DNA of 64,000 nt from Pelagibacterales bacterium SAG-MED30. Lineage in GTDB: Bacteria > Pseudomonadota > Alphaproteobacteria > Pelagibacterales > Pelagibacteraceae. The stretch spans positions 603 to 64,602 of the forward strand of contig JACWEA010000003.1 in NCBI GenBank assembly GCA_014653775.1, written 5' to 3'. This document shows positions 20,916 to 31,266 of this stretch, one piece after another (position 1 is the first letter of the stretch; the number at the start of each line of letters is the position of its first letter). The position numbers and the translations under genes were made by a program. The notes under the pieces are model-generated. The model made no database searches, was not told the DNA's origin, and saw only the letters and a program-made list of their open reading frames with translations.

Positions 20916-22177
20916 TCATCTATGACTTTATAACCTATATCTTTTCTATAAAAACCATTTTTCCAATTAATTTTATTAATTAGATCTACAACAATTTCTC
21001 TACTATTTTTAAAACTTTTTGATTTAGCTACAAAATTTAATACTCTACCACCATTTGAAACAATTTTAGAGCTACTAATTTTAGTTCCAGCGTGAAATAT
21101 AAACTCATTCTCTGTAAGAATAATTTTATCTAAATTTTTAATTTCTAGATTATTTTCATAGGTTTTAGGATATCCTTTCGAGCATTGTACTATTGATAAA
21201 GTTTTAGCATCAGACCAAACTACATCAATTTGATTTAGTTTTTGATTAATAGTTGCTTCTACTATTTCAAAAAAATTTGTTTTAAGTCTTGGTAAAATAG
21301 TTTGACATTCTGGGTCACCCATTCTGACATTATATTCTATTAAATATGGTTCATTTTCTATAATCATTAAACCAGCATACAAAAAACCTTTAAAATTCGT
21401 ATTTAAATTTTCTAAAGCTCTTAGAGTTGGTTTTATAATTTTGTCTAAAATTTTTTTATTTAATACATCGTTTTCTAATCGAGATGGCGAGTATGCTCCC
21501 ATGCCACCAGTATTCAATCCTACATCTCCTTCACCAACCCTTTTATGATCTTGAGCAGTACCAAAATTTTTAATATTTATTCCATCAGAGATTATAAAAA
21601 AACTCATCTCTTCACCTTTTAGAAATTCTTCAATTAATATTTCATTAGCTTTTCCAAATTTTCCATTAAATATTTCTTTAATTGCTTGTTCCCCTTGGAT
21701 TTTATTTTCGCAAATATAAACCCCTTTTCCTGCCGCAAGACCGTCGGCCTTAATAACCAAAGGATATTTACATTGAAGTAAAAAATCTAAAGCTTTTTCT
21801 TTTGTTTTAAAAACACCAAATTTTGCAGTTGGAATATTATATTTTTTACATAAATTCTTAGTAAATATTTTAGATCCCTCAAGTTTTGATGCTAGTTTAT
21901 TTGGACCAAAAACTTTAATTTTATTAGTCTCTAAAAAATCAACAATACCTTCAACTAATGGTTTTTCAGGACCAATAATGATTATATCTATTTTTTTTTC
22001 TTTAATGAATTCTTTTAACAATTCAAAATTATTAATATCTAAATCAATATTTTCAGCTATATCGTGTGTTCCAGCATTTCCTGGTATACAAAAAATCTTC
22101 TCTACTTTTTTAGATTTTTTAATTGCATAACATATAGCATGTTCTCTGCCACCGCTTCCAATTATTCCTACTTTCAT
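20912..22177 (-). CDS. purD: Phosphoribosylamine--glycine ligase
   Basis: GSGGREHA, KADGLAAGKGV, QDHKR, NTGGMGAYSP, RMGDPE. Confidence 0.97.
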   Translation of the reverse strand: MKVGIIGSGGREHAICYAIKKSKKVEKIFCIPGNAGTHDIAENIDLDINNFELLKEFIKEKKIDIIIIGPEKPLVEGIVDFLETNKIKVFGPNKLASKLEGSKIFTKNLCKKYNIPTAKFGVFKTKEKALDFLLQCKYPLVIKADGLAAGKGVYICENKIQGEQAIKEIFNGKFGKANEILIEEFLKGEEMSFFIISDGINIKNFGTAQDHKRVGEGDVGLNTGGMGAYSPSRLENDVLNKKILDKIIKPTLRALENLNTNFKGFLYAGLMIIENEPYLIEYNVRMGDPECQTILPRLKTNFFEIVEATINQKLNQIDVVWSDAKTLSIVQCSKGYPKTYENNLEIKNLDKIILTENEFIFHAGTKISSSKIVSNGGRVLNFVAKSKSFKNSREIVVDLINKINWKNGFYRKDIGYKVIDE

Positions 22178-22198
22178 ATAATGATGTATAAACTAAAA

Positions 22199-22390
22199 AT
22201 GTTTAAAAAATTAGCAAAAATAAAATATTTACCAAATAATTTTAAAATTATTGAGGAAGGAGATCATGTGATTTGTGCAATATCAGGTAAAAAAATTTCT
22301 TTGAATCAACTAAATTATTGGAATGTAGATTTACAAGAAGCGTATTATTCTTATGTAGAGGCTTCAAAAAAAAGGGAAAAAAATAAATAA
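22199..22390 (+). CDS. DUF2093-family small protein
   Basis: GDHVICAISGKKI.L..L.YWNVDLQEAY pattern. True start likely 22181-22199, because the track ORF start overlaps purD. Confidence 0.75.
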   Translation: MFKKLAKIKYLPNNFKIIEEGDHVICAISGKKISLNQLNYWNVDLQEAYYSYVEASKKREKNK

Positions 22391-22391
22391 A

Positions 22392-23252
22392 TTATTTCCA
22401 TCTGTCATGTGTCCAAATCCACTGGTCTGGATTTCTTTTTATCATTTTTTCAAGAACTTTATTTAAATTAGAGGTAATAATTTCAATATTTTCATTTTTA
22501 AAAAACTTTATTGGGTTTAATATCTCTAGCCTAAATTGATTTTTATTTTTTCTTTCAATATATATTGGAACGACTTTACAATTAAATTTTTTTACAAATT
22601 GGGCTGGTATAGTTGTAGTTAAAGCTTTTCTATTAAAAAAATTACAACTAATTCCTTCAGAAACTCTTTGATCAATCATTAATGCTATAGAAGTACCTTT
22701 TTTAAAATATTTTAATATTTCTTTTGTACCAGACATTCCTTTTTTTATCTGCTTTTTACAAATATAGTTTTTTCTAATTTTTTCCATTAACGGATTTAAA
22801 AATTTATTATTTAAAGGTCTGTATATAGCTGCCAAATCAATACCAGATTTTTCAAGATGCATAGCCATTAATTCAAAATTATTAAAGTGTCCGGAGATAA
22901 ATATTACTGGTTCATTGCTGTTTTTAATTTCATCTAAAATATTTTGACCGACAACATTAATATTATTTGAAAGACTATTTTGTCTATATTTTTTAATGTA
23001 CATGTATTCTGCAAAAATTCTTCCATAATTACCCCACATATTATTAATAATAATTTTTCTTTCTTTTTCCGAATTACCTATTTCTGAATTTTCTAAATTT
23101 TTTTGAATTTTATAATTTGATCTAAAGTATGGGCCTAATTTTTTAATAATAATTTCACCGAAATTTGTAGCATTTTTATAACCTATAATTTTGAAAATAA
23201 TAAAGATGATAATAATAAAACTAAATTCAAAAAAATGTTTTATTATTTTCAT
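22392..23252 (-). CDS. Lipid A late acyltransferase (LpxL/HtrB family)
   Basis: SGHFNNFE, YRPLNN, MIDQ, PDQWIWTHDRWK. Confidence 0.9.
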   Translation of the reverse strand: MKIIKHFFEFSFIIIIFIIFKIIGYKNATNFGEIIIKKLGPYFRSNYKIQKNLENSEIGNSEKERKIIINNMWGNYGRIFAEYMYIKKYRQNSLSNNINVVGQNILDEIKNSNEPVIFISGHFNNFELMAMHLEKSGIDLAAIYRPLNNKFLNPLMEKIRKNYICKKQIKKGMSGTKEILKYFKKGTSIALMIDQRVSEGISCNFFNRKALTTTIPAQFVKKFNCKVVPIYIERKNKNQFRLEILNPIKFFKNENIEIITSNLNKVLEKMIKRNPDQWIWTHDRWK

Positions 23253-24184
23253 AAATAAGATTTAATAATATCTTTAAATTTATCTTTATTTTCAATTTCT
23301 AAATCAACCTCAACATATTCACAACTTTGTTTTTGGGAGTCATTCATTCTATAATAGTCTTTTTCAGTTGTAATAATTTTTGTAGATTTATTATTCATTA
23401 TTTTTTCAAAATCATTTTTAGAATACTTATGATGGTCAGGAAAAGAAAATGTCTCTTTTATATTCAAGTTATTTTCTCTTAATAAATCAAAAAAATTTGA
23501 TGGATTTCCAATTCCTGCAAAAGCAGTAATTTCTTTATTATTAAACTTTTCAATATTGTTAATTTTATATTTTGAATAAAATATATGCAATTTTTTATTT
23601 TGGATAGTTTCAAAAAGTTTTTTTTCAAATTCTAAATTTTTATGACCATTTATAACGATACAGTCAGCTCTCAAAATTGCACTTAAATTTTCTCTTAAAG
23701 GTCCAGATGGAATTAAGAGCCCATTACCTATCATCTGTTTAGAATTAAAACACAAAATTGAAAAATCAGGTCTAACTGAAAAATCCTGAAAACCATCATC
23801 TAAAATTGCAACATCATGATTATTAGAAATTGATAAAAGTATACTTTTCTGTCTTTTGTGATCAGTAAAAGTTTCTCCTTTGTTTTTTAACATTTTAATT
23901 TCATCCGATAAATAAGGATGATATTTTTTTATAAATGCAGGATTTTTACCTAATGATTTAGTAATATTAAAAATCTCTCTTACCAAGGGTGTTTTGCCAG
24001 TTCCTCCTAGATAAATATTTCCTACGCATATGACAGGAATAGGAAGTTTTTTATTAGTTTTGAAAATTGAAAAAACTCTAATAAACCAGATTATTGCTAA
24101 ATATATAATTGAAAATGGAAATAGCAAAATTGACTGGAAAGATAATTTTTTATAGTCCCAAAATTTTGGTTTTTTAAATTGCAT
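23249..24184 (-). CDS. lpxK: Tetraacyldisaccharide 4'-kinase
   Basis: VGNIYLGGTGKTP, LDDGFQD, PSGPLRE, FPDHH, TTEKD. Confidence 0.95.
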   Translation of the reverse strand: MQFKKPKFWDYKKLSFQSILLFPFSIIYLAIIWFIRVFSIFKTNKKLPIPVICVGNIYLGGTGKTPLVREIFNITKSLGKNPAFIKKYHPYLSDEIKMLKNKGETFTDHKRQKSILLSISNNHDVAILDDGFQDFSVRPDFSILCFNSKQMIGNGLLIPSGPLRENLSAILRADCIVINGHKNLEFEKKLFETIQNKKLHIFYSKYKINNIEKFNNKEITAFAGIGNPSNFFDLLRENNLNIKETFSFPDHHKYSKNDFEKIMNNKSTKIITTEKDYYRMNDSQKQSCEYVEVDLEIENKDKFKDIIKSYL

Positions 24185-25430
24185 TTTTTAAAAAAAAATT
24201 TATTTCTTTTTGTGTATCTTTTAAAATTTTTTTACCAATATGATTGATTTTATGTCTAATATTTTTTGAGGAATTATTACCATTAGAAAGAAGAGTATCT
24301 AATTTTTTTTCAAACTCTAATTTTGATTTTACCAAATGTGATATTTTATTTTTATTTAGAAAATCGTAAATTTCTGTAAAATTTGAGACGTTTTTACCAT
24401 GTAAAATTTTACAGCCAAATCTAGCTGCTTCTAAGGGATTTTGCCCACCGTGATTTATAATTGAGCCCCCAAGAAAAACATTTTTACAATTATTATAAAA
24501 GGATTTAGTTTTTCCATAAGAATTGACTATATAAATGTCAGTTTTTTTATTAATTGAAGATGTCGGCTCATCTAGATGAATGTTTAAATTAAGACTAGTT
24601 AATTCCTCTTTGATAGGTTCAACTCTATTAATATGACGTGGAATTATAATTGTTAATAAATTTTTATGTTTTTTCTTTAATTTTTTATGAATTAAACCAC
24701 AAAGATTTTCTTCATTGAAATGAGTACTAGATGCACACCAAACTTTTTTTGACCTTAAAAATTTTAGAATATTGTTTTTTAAATTATCTACTTTTTGTTC
24801 TGCTTGAGCATATTTTAAATTTCCGATATATCTTATTCTTTTAGCTCCAAGTTTTTTTAAAAATTTTTTTGACTCATTATTTGATGTAAGACATAAAGTA
24901 AATTTTTTAAATAATGTTTTGGCAAAATCAGAGAATATTGACCATTTTTTGAAAGTTTTTTTTGTTATTCTTGCATTAAGAAGAATAATCGGGATCTCTT
25001 CTTCTTTTAAATTTGATAACATATTAGGCCATATTTCAGAATCAATAAAAAATGCAATAGATGGTTTCCAATAATTTAAAAATTTTTTTGAAAGAAAATT
25101 TGTATCTATTGGAAAAAATTGATGAATAACTTTTTTGAATTTAAATTTGCCAATCACTTTTGATGAACTTAATGTATTAGATGTAATTAAAATTTGATTT
25201 ATATTCTTATTTTTGTCCAATTTTTCAACTAAAGGTACAATGCTTTGTAGTTCTCCAACACTGGCTCCATGAAACCAAATAAGTTTTCCATTATTTTTTT
25301 TTTCTGAGAAAAAACAAAACTTTTCTTTAAATCTTTTAGGATCCTCTTTTTTTTTTAATAATCTAATAGCTAAGATAATTGGTGATAAAATTAAAATTAG
25401 ACCAGTTAGTAGTCTATAAAATATTAGCAT
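24174..25430 (-). CDS. waaA: 3-deoxy-D-manno-octulosonic acid transferase
   Basis: WFHGASVGE, SEIWPN, ASSTH, PRH, GGQNPLEAA. Confidence 0.94.
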   Translation of the reverse strand: MLIFYRLLTGLILILSPIILAIRLLKKKEDPKRFKEKFCFFSEKKNNGKLIWFHGASVGELQSIVPLVEKLDKNKNINQILITSNTLSSSKVIGKFKFKKVIHQFFPIDTNFLSKKFLNYWKPSIAFFIDSEIWPNMLSNLKEEEIPIILLNARITKKTFKKWSIFSDFAKTLFKKFTLCLTSNNESKKFLKKLGAKRIRYIGNLKYAQAEQKVDNLKNNILKFLRSKKVWCASSTHFNEENLCGLIHKKLKKKHKNLLTIIIPRHINRVEPIKEELTSLNLNIHLDEPTSSINKKTDIYIVNSYGKTKSFYNNCKNVFLGGSIINHGGQNPLEAARFGCKILHGKNVSNFTEIYDFLNKNKISHLVKSKLEFEKKLDTLLSNGNNSSKNIRHKINHIGKKILKDTQKEINFFLKNAI

Positions 25431-25432
25431 TA

Positions 25433-27169
25433 TTATTTTTTAATTTGTTTTTCGTAAAAATTTTTATAAATTATTGATTTGTTTATTAGTTCATCATGAG
25501 AGCCTGAATCCTTAACTTGCCCATTTTCTATTACATAAATTTTATCTGAATTTAATATTGTAGATAATCTATGGGCTATAACTACTGTTGTTCTTCCTTC
25601 AGTTAAAAAGTTAATTGCTTTTTGAATTTTACTCTCTGTTTCAGCATCTAATGATGAAGTTGCTTCATCTAATAATATTACTGGACTTTTTTTAAGTATC
25701 GCTCTTGCTATTGATAACCTTTGTTTTTCTCCTCCAGAAAGTCTAACACCATTTTCACCAATTAAAGTATCATATTTATTTGGAAGTTTTTGAATGAATT
25801 CATCAGCAAAAGAATTTTTTGCTGCTTCTTTTATTTCCTCTTCAGTTGCATTAAGATTAGCATAAGCAATATTATTTTTTACAGTATCATCAAATAAAGT
25901 TGTATCTTGGCTTACAAGAGAAATTCCTTTTCTTAAAGAATATATTGAATAATCATAAATAGACTGCTGGTCAATTTTGATATCACCATCTTGAATATTA
26001 TAAAATCGAGGAATAAGATTTAAAATTGTTGATTTACCGGCTCCACTTTGACCTACTAGAGCAGTCATTTTCTTTCCAGGAATCTTTAAATTAATTGATT
26101 TTAATGTCTCACCTTCTTTAGTATAATTGAAATTTACATTTTCAAAAATTATCTCAGCTTTATCAAATTCTAAATTCTTTGTATTTTCTTTATCTTTAAT
26201 TTCTGGTTTTTCATCAATTACTGGTAATACTCTTTTTGAACCTGCTAAACCTTGTTGAATGGTCATATTAAGTGTCGCTAATGATCTCACTGGCTGATAA
26301 GCCAACATCATTGCCGCAAGAAAAGAAAAAAATTTACTGACTTCAAGTTCATTATTAGAAACAAGTATAGCAGCAACATAAACTAAAAAAGCTATCATTA
26401 TTCCAGTTAAAAACTCCATAATAGGTGAAGCTCTAACCATTATTTCAGCAATTTTTTGGCCTTTTAATTTTAATTCTTCAATCTTTATTCTAGCTTTTTC
26501 TTTTTCGTAATTTTCATTTTGAAAAATTTTTATAATTTTATGATTTTTAAATATGTCAACTAAATAACTCATAAAAATACCTGCCTTAATCATTTGCTCA
26601 GTGGTTACTTTACCCATTCTTTTTCCTAAATTTCTAGCTGCAAAACTTGCTAACGGTATCATTATTATAGATATTAAAGATAATTTCCAATTTTGATAAA
26701 ACATTACTCCTAATAACGCAATTAGAGTGAAACTATCTTTAAATAAATTTAGAATTGCTACGCTTAGAAGATTAGTAATCATATTAATATCATTATTTAG
26801 GTTTGTTATGAATTTTCCTGAATGTTTTCTATCTATTAATCCTGTATCAGCAACTAATATAGAATTAAACATATCTAATTGCATATCTCTTTTAACATCT
26901 TGAGAAACTGATATCATCAAAACTTTAGCCATGTATAAAGAGCCACCTTTTAAAGCGAATGCTAAAATAATTAATCCCGGAAGTACATATAACAATTTTT
27001 GATTTTGTTTTATAAAAAGTTGATCTATTGCTGGATCTAATAAATAAGCGACAGCAGAAGTACTTCCAGCTAATATGAGTGTAAAAAAAACAGATAGTAA
27101 AATTTTTTTTAAATAGTTTTTAGTATAACTTTTGTATAATCTTTTTAATATTTGAAAGTCTATCCCCAT
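25433..27169 (-). CDS. msbA: Lipid A export ABC transporter
   Basis: TMD plus NBD (GQSGAGKST, LSGGEKQR, LDEATS), located in the lipid A cluster. Confidence 0.88.
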   Translation of the reverse strand: MGIDFQILKRLYKSYTKNYLKKILLSVFFTLILAGSTSAVAYLLDPAIDQLFIKQNQKLLYVLPGLIILAFALKGGSLYMAKVLMISVSQDVKRDMQLDMFNSILVADTGLIDRKHSGKFITNLNNDINMITNLLSVAILNLFKDSFTLIALLGVMFYQNWKLSLISIIMIPLASFAARNLGKRMGKVTTEQMIKAGIFMSYLVDIFKNHKIIKIFQNENYEKEKARIKIEELKLKGQKIAEIMVRASPIMEFLTGIMIAFLVYVAAILVSNNELEVSKFFSFLAAMMLAYQPVRSLATLNMTIQQGLAGSKRVLPVIDEKPEIKDKENTKNLEFDKAEIIFENVNFNYTKEGETLKSINLKIPGKKMTALVGQSGAGKSTILNLIPRFYNIQDGDIKIDQQSIYDYSIYSLRKGISLVSQDTTLFDDTVKNNIAYANLNATEEEIKEAAKNSFADEFIQKLPNKYDTLIGENGVRLSGGEKQRLSIARAILKKSPVILLDEATSSLDAETESKIQKAINFLTEGRTTVVIAHRLSTILNSDKIYVIENGQVKDSGSHDELINKSIIYKNFYEKQIKK

Positions 27170-28033
27170 TTAAATTTTTCCTATAAATAGACTTGCAAAA
27201 ATTAATAAACCTAACAAATTATTGGATTTAAATATATTTAGACAACTATTCATTTTTTTTATATCTAGTTTATAAATTTGAAAATAATACATTTGTAAAG
27301 CAACAATAACTAAAATCATAAAATAAATTTGGTTAAGTTTTAGTGAAAAACCAATAATAAGCAAACTTACTAAAAAAATTGAATAACATATTATTAAAAA
27401 TTTATATGGATTAGATTTGAATTTGATTGATGTTGATTTTAAACCTATAATTTCATCGTCTTTAATATCTTGAAATCCATATATAGTGTCAAATCCAAGT
27501 GTCCAAAATATGGCCCCAACATACAAAATAAAAGGTAACAAAGTTATTTCATTAGTTATCGAAGTCCATCCAAGCAATAATCCATAATTAAAAGTAATTC
27601 CTAAAAAAAGTTGAGGCCAATAGGTGTATCTTTTCATTAATGGATATGTGAATGCTAATGGCATAGATCCCAGGGCAAGAATAATTGTTAGAAAATTAAA
27701 CTGCACTAAAACTATAAGAGCTATGAGACACAACAATGCAGAGTAGAATAAACCTTGAATAACTGAAATTTGTCTTGAAGCAATTGGTCTGTTTTTTGTT
27801 CTAGAAACTTTTCTATCAAATTTTCTATCAACAATATCATTAACTATGCAGCCTGCAGACCTCATTAATATAGCACCTGCTAAAAATAATGTGAGGTAAT
27901 ATATATAAGTTATTTTTTCACCAGAAAAATCGTACGCAATTGTTAAACCCCATGTACAAGGCCAAAATAATAGCATAAAGCCAATGGGTTTTTTTAGTCT
28001 TATTAACTCGATGAAAAGATTAATTTGGTTCAT
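27170..28033 (-). CDS. ubiA: 4-hydroxybenzoate polyprenyltransferase
   Basis: RLKKPIG..LL.WP, AGCIVNDIVDRKFD, RPIAS, DTIYGFQD. Start adjusted to MNQINL. Confidence 0.95.
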   Translation of the reverse strand: MNQINLFIELIRLKKPIGFMLLFWPCTWGLTIAYDFSGEKITYIYYLTLFLAGAILMRSAGCIVNDIVDRKFDRKVSRTKNRPIASRQISVIQGLFYSALLCLIALIVLVQFNFLTIILALGSMPLAFTYPLMKRYTYWPQLFLGITFNYGLLLGWTSITNEITLLPFILYVGAIFWTLGFDTIYGFQDIKDDEIIGLKSTSIKFKSNPYKFLIICYSIFLVSLLIIGFSLKLNQIYFMILVIVALQMYYFQIYKLDIKKMNSCLNIFKSNNLLGLLIFASLFIGKI

Positions 28034-28082
28034 TAAATACTTGTAAATAACAAAGGCAGCATTGATAATCAAACTGATTCGT

Positions 28083-28487
28083 ATGAATATAGATTACACA
28101 GTAACTGCACTTATGTTTCCAGCAATTCCTCTGATAATGGGAGTGTATAGCAATAGATTTCATTCTTTAAGTGCTTTAATAAGAGAATTACATGATGAAC
28201 ATGTTTATGAAAAACATATTCCACCAGAATGGAAAAAACAATTTATTAACTTAAGTGGAAGGATAACGTTACTAAGATGGTCAATAATGTTTGGAGCGTT
28301 TGGTTTTTTGTTTAATATGTTGACAGTATTAGGCCTTTATTTGAATGAGATTTTTATAGCAAGATTAATTTTTGGATCTTGTTGTTTATCAATGATGCTT
28401 TCAATACTTTTTTTTATTAGAGAAATTCATATTTCAACAAATGCTCTAAGACTACATATGTCTGACATGGATGTTAATGTAGATTAA
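28083..28487 (+). CDS. DUF2721-family membrane protein
   Basis: FPAIPLIMGVYSNRF..L..LIRELH, EIHIST.AL. Confidence 0.75.
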   Translation: MNIDYTVTALMFPAIPLIMGVYSNRFHSLSALIRELHDEHVYEKHIPPEWKKQFINLSGRITLLRWSIMFGAFGFLFNMLTVLGLYLNEIFIARLIFGSCCLSMMLSILFFIREIHISTNALRLHMSDMDVNVD

Positions 28488-29455
28488 GGTATAATGATAG
28501 CAGGTCCTAAAATTTTTCTACTTTCAAGGTCTTGGTGAGCTTTTACAATCTCTGATAAAGAATATTTTTTAAAAATATTTAATTTAAATTTTTTTGTAAT
28601 AAACATTTCAAATACTTTATTTGCTGCTTCATCAAGCTCTTCTCTAGTAGATGTATAGTGAGCAATACTAGGTCTAGTTAAATATAAACCTTTTGGTGCT
28701 AAAGATTGGGTTACATTGCATGGGTCTAAAGGGCCAGATGCATTTCCAAATGAAACCATCATTCCTCTTACTTTTAAACATTCAATTGATCCATCAAAAG
28801 TTTTTTTACCTACACCATCATAAACAACAGGAACACCAACACCATTGGTAATCTCTTTTACTTTTTCTGCAAAATTTTCTTTTGAATAATTAATGACATA
28901 ATCACAACCATTAGCTTTTGCTATTTTAATTTTTTCATCTGAACCAACTGTTCCAATTACCTTGCATCCTAAACTTTTGGCCCATTGACAGAATATTTGA
29001 CCAACACCTCCGGCAGCTGCGTGAAATAAAATAGTTTCACTAGATTTAACCGGATAAGTTTTGTGAAGAAGATAAAAAACTGTAAAGCCTTTAGTCATTA
29101 AAGTTACTACGTTTTCTAATTCAATCTCATTTGGAACTTTGACTAATTTTTTTGTTGGAAAAATTCTGTGAGTTGAATATGAGCCAATAGGCATAGATGC
29201 ATAAGCAACTCTATCCCCAACATTAAAATCTTTTACATCAGAACCAGTTTTTTCTATTACACCAGCACCTTCTATTCCAATATTTGATGGAAGTTCAACA
29301 GGATAAAGTCCAGATCTATGATATGTATCAATATAGTTTAAGCCAATAGCCTCATTCTTTATTAAAACTTCTCCAGATTTTGGATCCTCAAGTTTAATTT
29401 CTTTAATTTCTAAAACTTCTGGTCCACCAGTTTCGTTTATTATTACAGCTTTCAT
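28484..29455 (-). CDS. qor: NADPH:quinone oxidoreductase (zeta-crystallin/MDR family)
   Basis: GGPEVL, GLNYIDTYHRSG, HAAAGGVG, YDGVG, FGNASG. Confidence 0.92.
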   Translation of the reverse strand: MKAVIINETGGPEVLEIKEIKLEDPKSGEVLIKNEAIGLNYIDTYHRSGLYPVELPSNIGIEGAGVIEKTGSDVKDFNVGDRVAYASMPIGSYSTHRIFPTKKLVKVPNEIELENVVTLMTKGFTVFYLLHKTYPVKSSETILFHAAAGGVGQIFCQWAKSLGCKVIGTVGSDEKIKIAKANGCDYVINYSKENFAEKVKEITNGVGVPVVYDGVGKKTFDGSIECLKVRGMMVSFGNASGPLDPCNVTQSLAPKGLYLTRPSIAHYTSTREELDEAANKVFEMFITKKFKLNIFKKYSLSEIVKAHQDLESRKILGPAIIIP

Positions 29456-29458
29456 AAT

Positions 29459-30295
29459 TTATTTTACAAAAGTATCATTATGATAATCTTGAACAGCTTG
29501 CAAGATTTCAGCCTTGGTATTCATCACAAATGGCCCACCTCTAGCAATTTCTTCATTAATAGGTTTTCCTGAAATCACTAAAAATTTGGCATCTGATTTA
29601 CCTTTCACTTTTAAATCTTTACCTTTTGAAAGTAATATTAGAGTACTATCTTTCACATCATCATGTTTTTTTTCACCAATTTCAATTTCTCCATTTATTA
29701 AATAAATAAATGAATTATGAGTGGATGGTAATTTTAAATTAAATTCTTTATCTCTATTTAGTTCAACATCAAAATAAACTGGTTCAACATTATGTCCTTT
29801 GACAGGACCCTCAGCTTTTTCAAATTTACCAGCGATAACTTTTACTTGTTTCTCATCATCTTTGTGAACAGCCATTTTGTCAGCATCAATATAAATGTAT
29901 TCTGGTTTACTCATTTTTAATTTAGCTGGCATGTTAATCCATAATTGAAATCCATGAAGTTTACCTTCTTTCATTGCAGGCATTTCTGAATGAATAATAC
30001 CACTTCCTGTTTTCATCCATTGAACATCACCAGCAGTCATTCTACCTTCACCACCAGTGCTATCTTTATGCTCAAAGTCTCCTGCAAGCATATAAGTAAC
30101 TGTTTCAATTCCTCTATGGGGGTGGGGTGGAAACCCAGCGATATAGTCCTCACTATTTTCAGAACCAAATTCATCTAACATTAAAAAAGGATCAAAATAA
30201 TTTGGCTTCACTCCAATACTTCTTTTTAATTTTACACCTGCACCATCCGAAGCAAGAATTGGATCTATAATCTTATAAACTTCAATAATTTTCAT
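29459..30295 (-). CDS. Pirin-family cupin protein
   Basis: DPFLMLDEF, GFPPHPHRGIETVTY, GIIHSEMP, FQLWINM, GPFVMNT. Confidence 0.95.
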   Translation of the reverse strand: MKIIEVYKIIDPILASDGAGVKLKRSIGVKPNYFDPFLMLDEFGSENSEDYIAGFPPHPHRGIETVTYMLAGDFEHKDSTGGEGRMTAGDVQWMKTGSGIIHSEMPAMKEGKLHGFQLWINMPAKLKMSKPEYIYIDADKMAVHKDDEKQVKVIAGKFEKAEGPVKGHNVEPVYFDVELNRDKEFNLKLPSTHNSFIYLINGEIEIGEKKHDDVKDSTLILLSKGKDLKVKGKSDAKFLVISGKPINEEIARGGPFVMNTKAEILQAVQDYHNDTFVK

Positions 30296-30334
30296 GATAA
30301 ACAAATAATTATATAAATTTATAATTCAATGCTA

Positions 30335-30523
30335 TTAATCGCATCTATTACATCGTATAGTTGCAAACATATCATCCCAATCAGATTCTTTTTCCTCTAT
30401 ATAATCTAGAAGACATCTTATAGCCTTTGAATGATCTGGAAGATCATATTTATCAACTATTTGTTTTAACATTTTTTCTGAGTCAGAATATATTTCGAAA
30501 GACACGTTTTTTTTTTCACTCAT
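30335..30523 (-). CDS. Small hypothetical protein, ribbon-helix-helix-like with C-terminal CxxC
   Basis: 62 aa with AGGAG RBS; NVSFEI (strand), helix, SKAIRCLLDY (helix), ...CNRC. Confidence 0.7.
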   Translation of the reverse strand: MSEKKNVSFEIYSDSEKMLKQIVDKYDLPDHSKAIRCLLDYIEEKESDWDDMFATIRCNRCD

Positions 30524-30586
30524 ATTTCTCCTATTTGTTTTAGATTATATTTTTAAAATATTTTTGAAACGAGCCAAATGAACGCT

Positions 30587-31249
30587 TCAAATTATGCTTA
30601 TTAACTCAGACAAATTTTTGATTTCAGAATTAGGTTTATAATCTAGATTGTCAAAAATATTTTTATTTCTATTCACCCAAATAGCATTATATCCATAATT
30701 TCCACCACCAGAAACATCCCAAGTATTAGCACTTAAAAAAACAACTTCATTTTTTTCAATTTGATATTTTTTAATTGGCAGATCATAAACTTTTGAGTCT
30801 GGTTTATAAATTCCAACTTGTTCTATGGAAAATAAATCATCAAATAAATTATGCAATTTATTACTTTTGACTAATTCATTTAGTAAAGTAGGTGTACCAT
30901 TTGAAAGAATTGCTAATTTAAATTTTTTTTCTTTAAGAGTTTTTAAAACTTCTGGTACTTCATTATAAGTTGAGAGAATTTTATATAAATTTAATAACTC
31001 ATTTCTCATCGAATTATTTATTTTAAATGCCTTCATAGATTTATCTAAACTATCCTCAGTCACTTGCCAAAAATCTTTGTGCCTATTCATTAAGCTTCTA
31101 AGCCAAGTGTATTCTAATTGGGTTGTTCTCCAATAATTTGCAAATTCTTCCCACTTATCACCTATTTTATCTTTACATTTTTCAGCTGCTGAATTGACAT
31201 CAAACAATGTACCGTAAGCATCAAAAATTATTGCTTTAATATTTTTCAT
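30587..31249 (-). CDS. Haloacid dehalogenase type II
   Basis: FDAYGTLFD, WRTTQLEY, LSNG, YKPD, SANTWD. Confidence 0.92.
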   Translation of the reverse strand: MKNIKAIIFDAYGTLFDVNSAAEKCKDKIGDKWEEFANYWRTTQLEYTWLRSLMNRHKDFWQVTEDSLDKSMKAFKINNSMRNELLNLYKILSTYNEVPEVLKTLKEKKFKLAILSNGTPTLLNELVKSNKLHNLFDDLFSIEQVGIYKPDSKVYDLPIKKYQIEKNEVVFLSANTWDVSGGGNYGYNAIWVNRNKNIFDNLDYKPNSEIKNLSELISII

Positions 31250-31266
31250 AAATTAATCTCAGAATT

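Noticed and set aside
22064-22198. N-terminal extension of the 108-aa ORF
   Set aside because: Overlaps purD on the opposite strand; the DUF2093-like part starts around 22181-22199.
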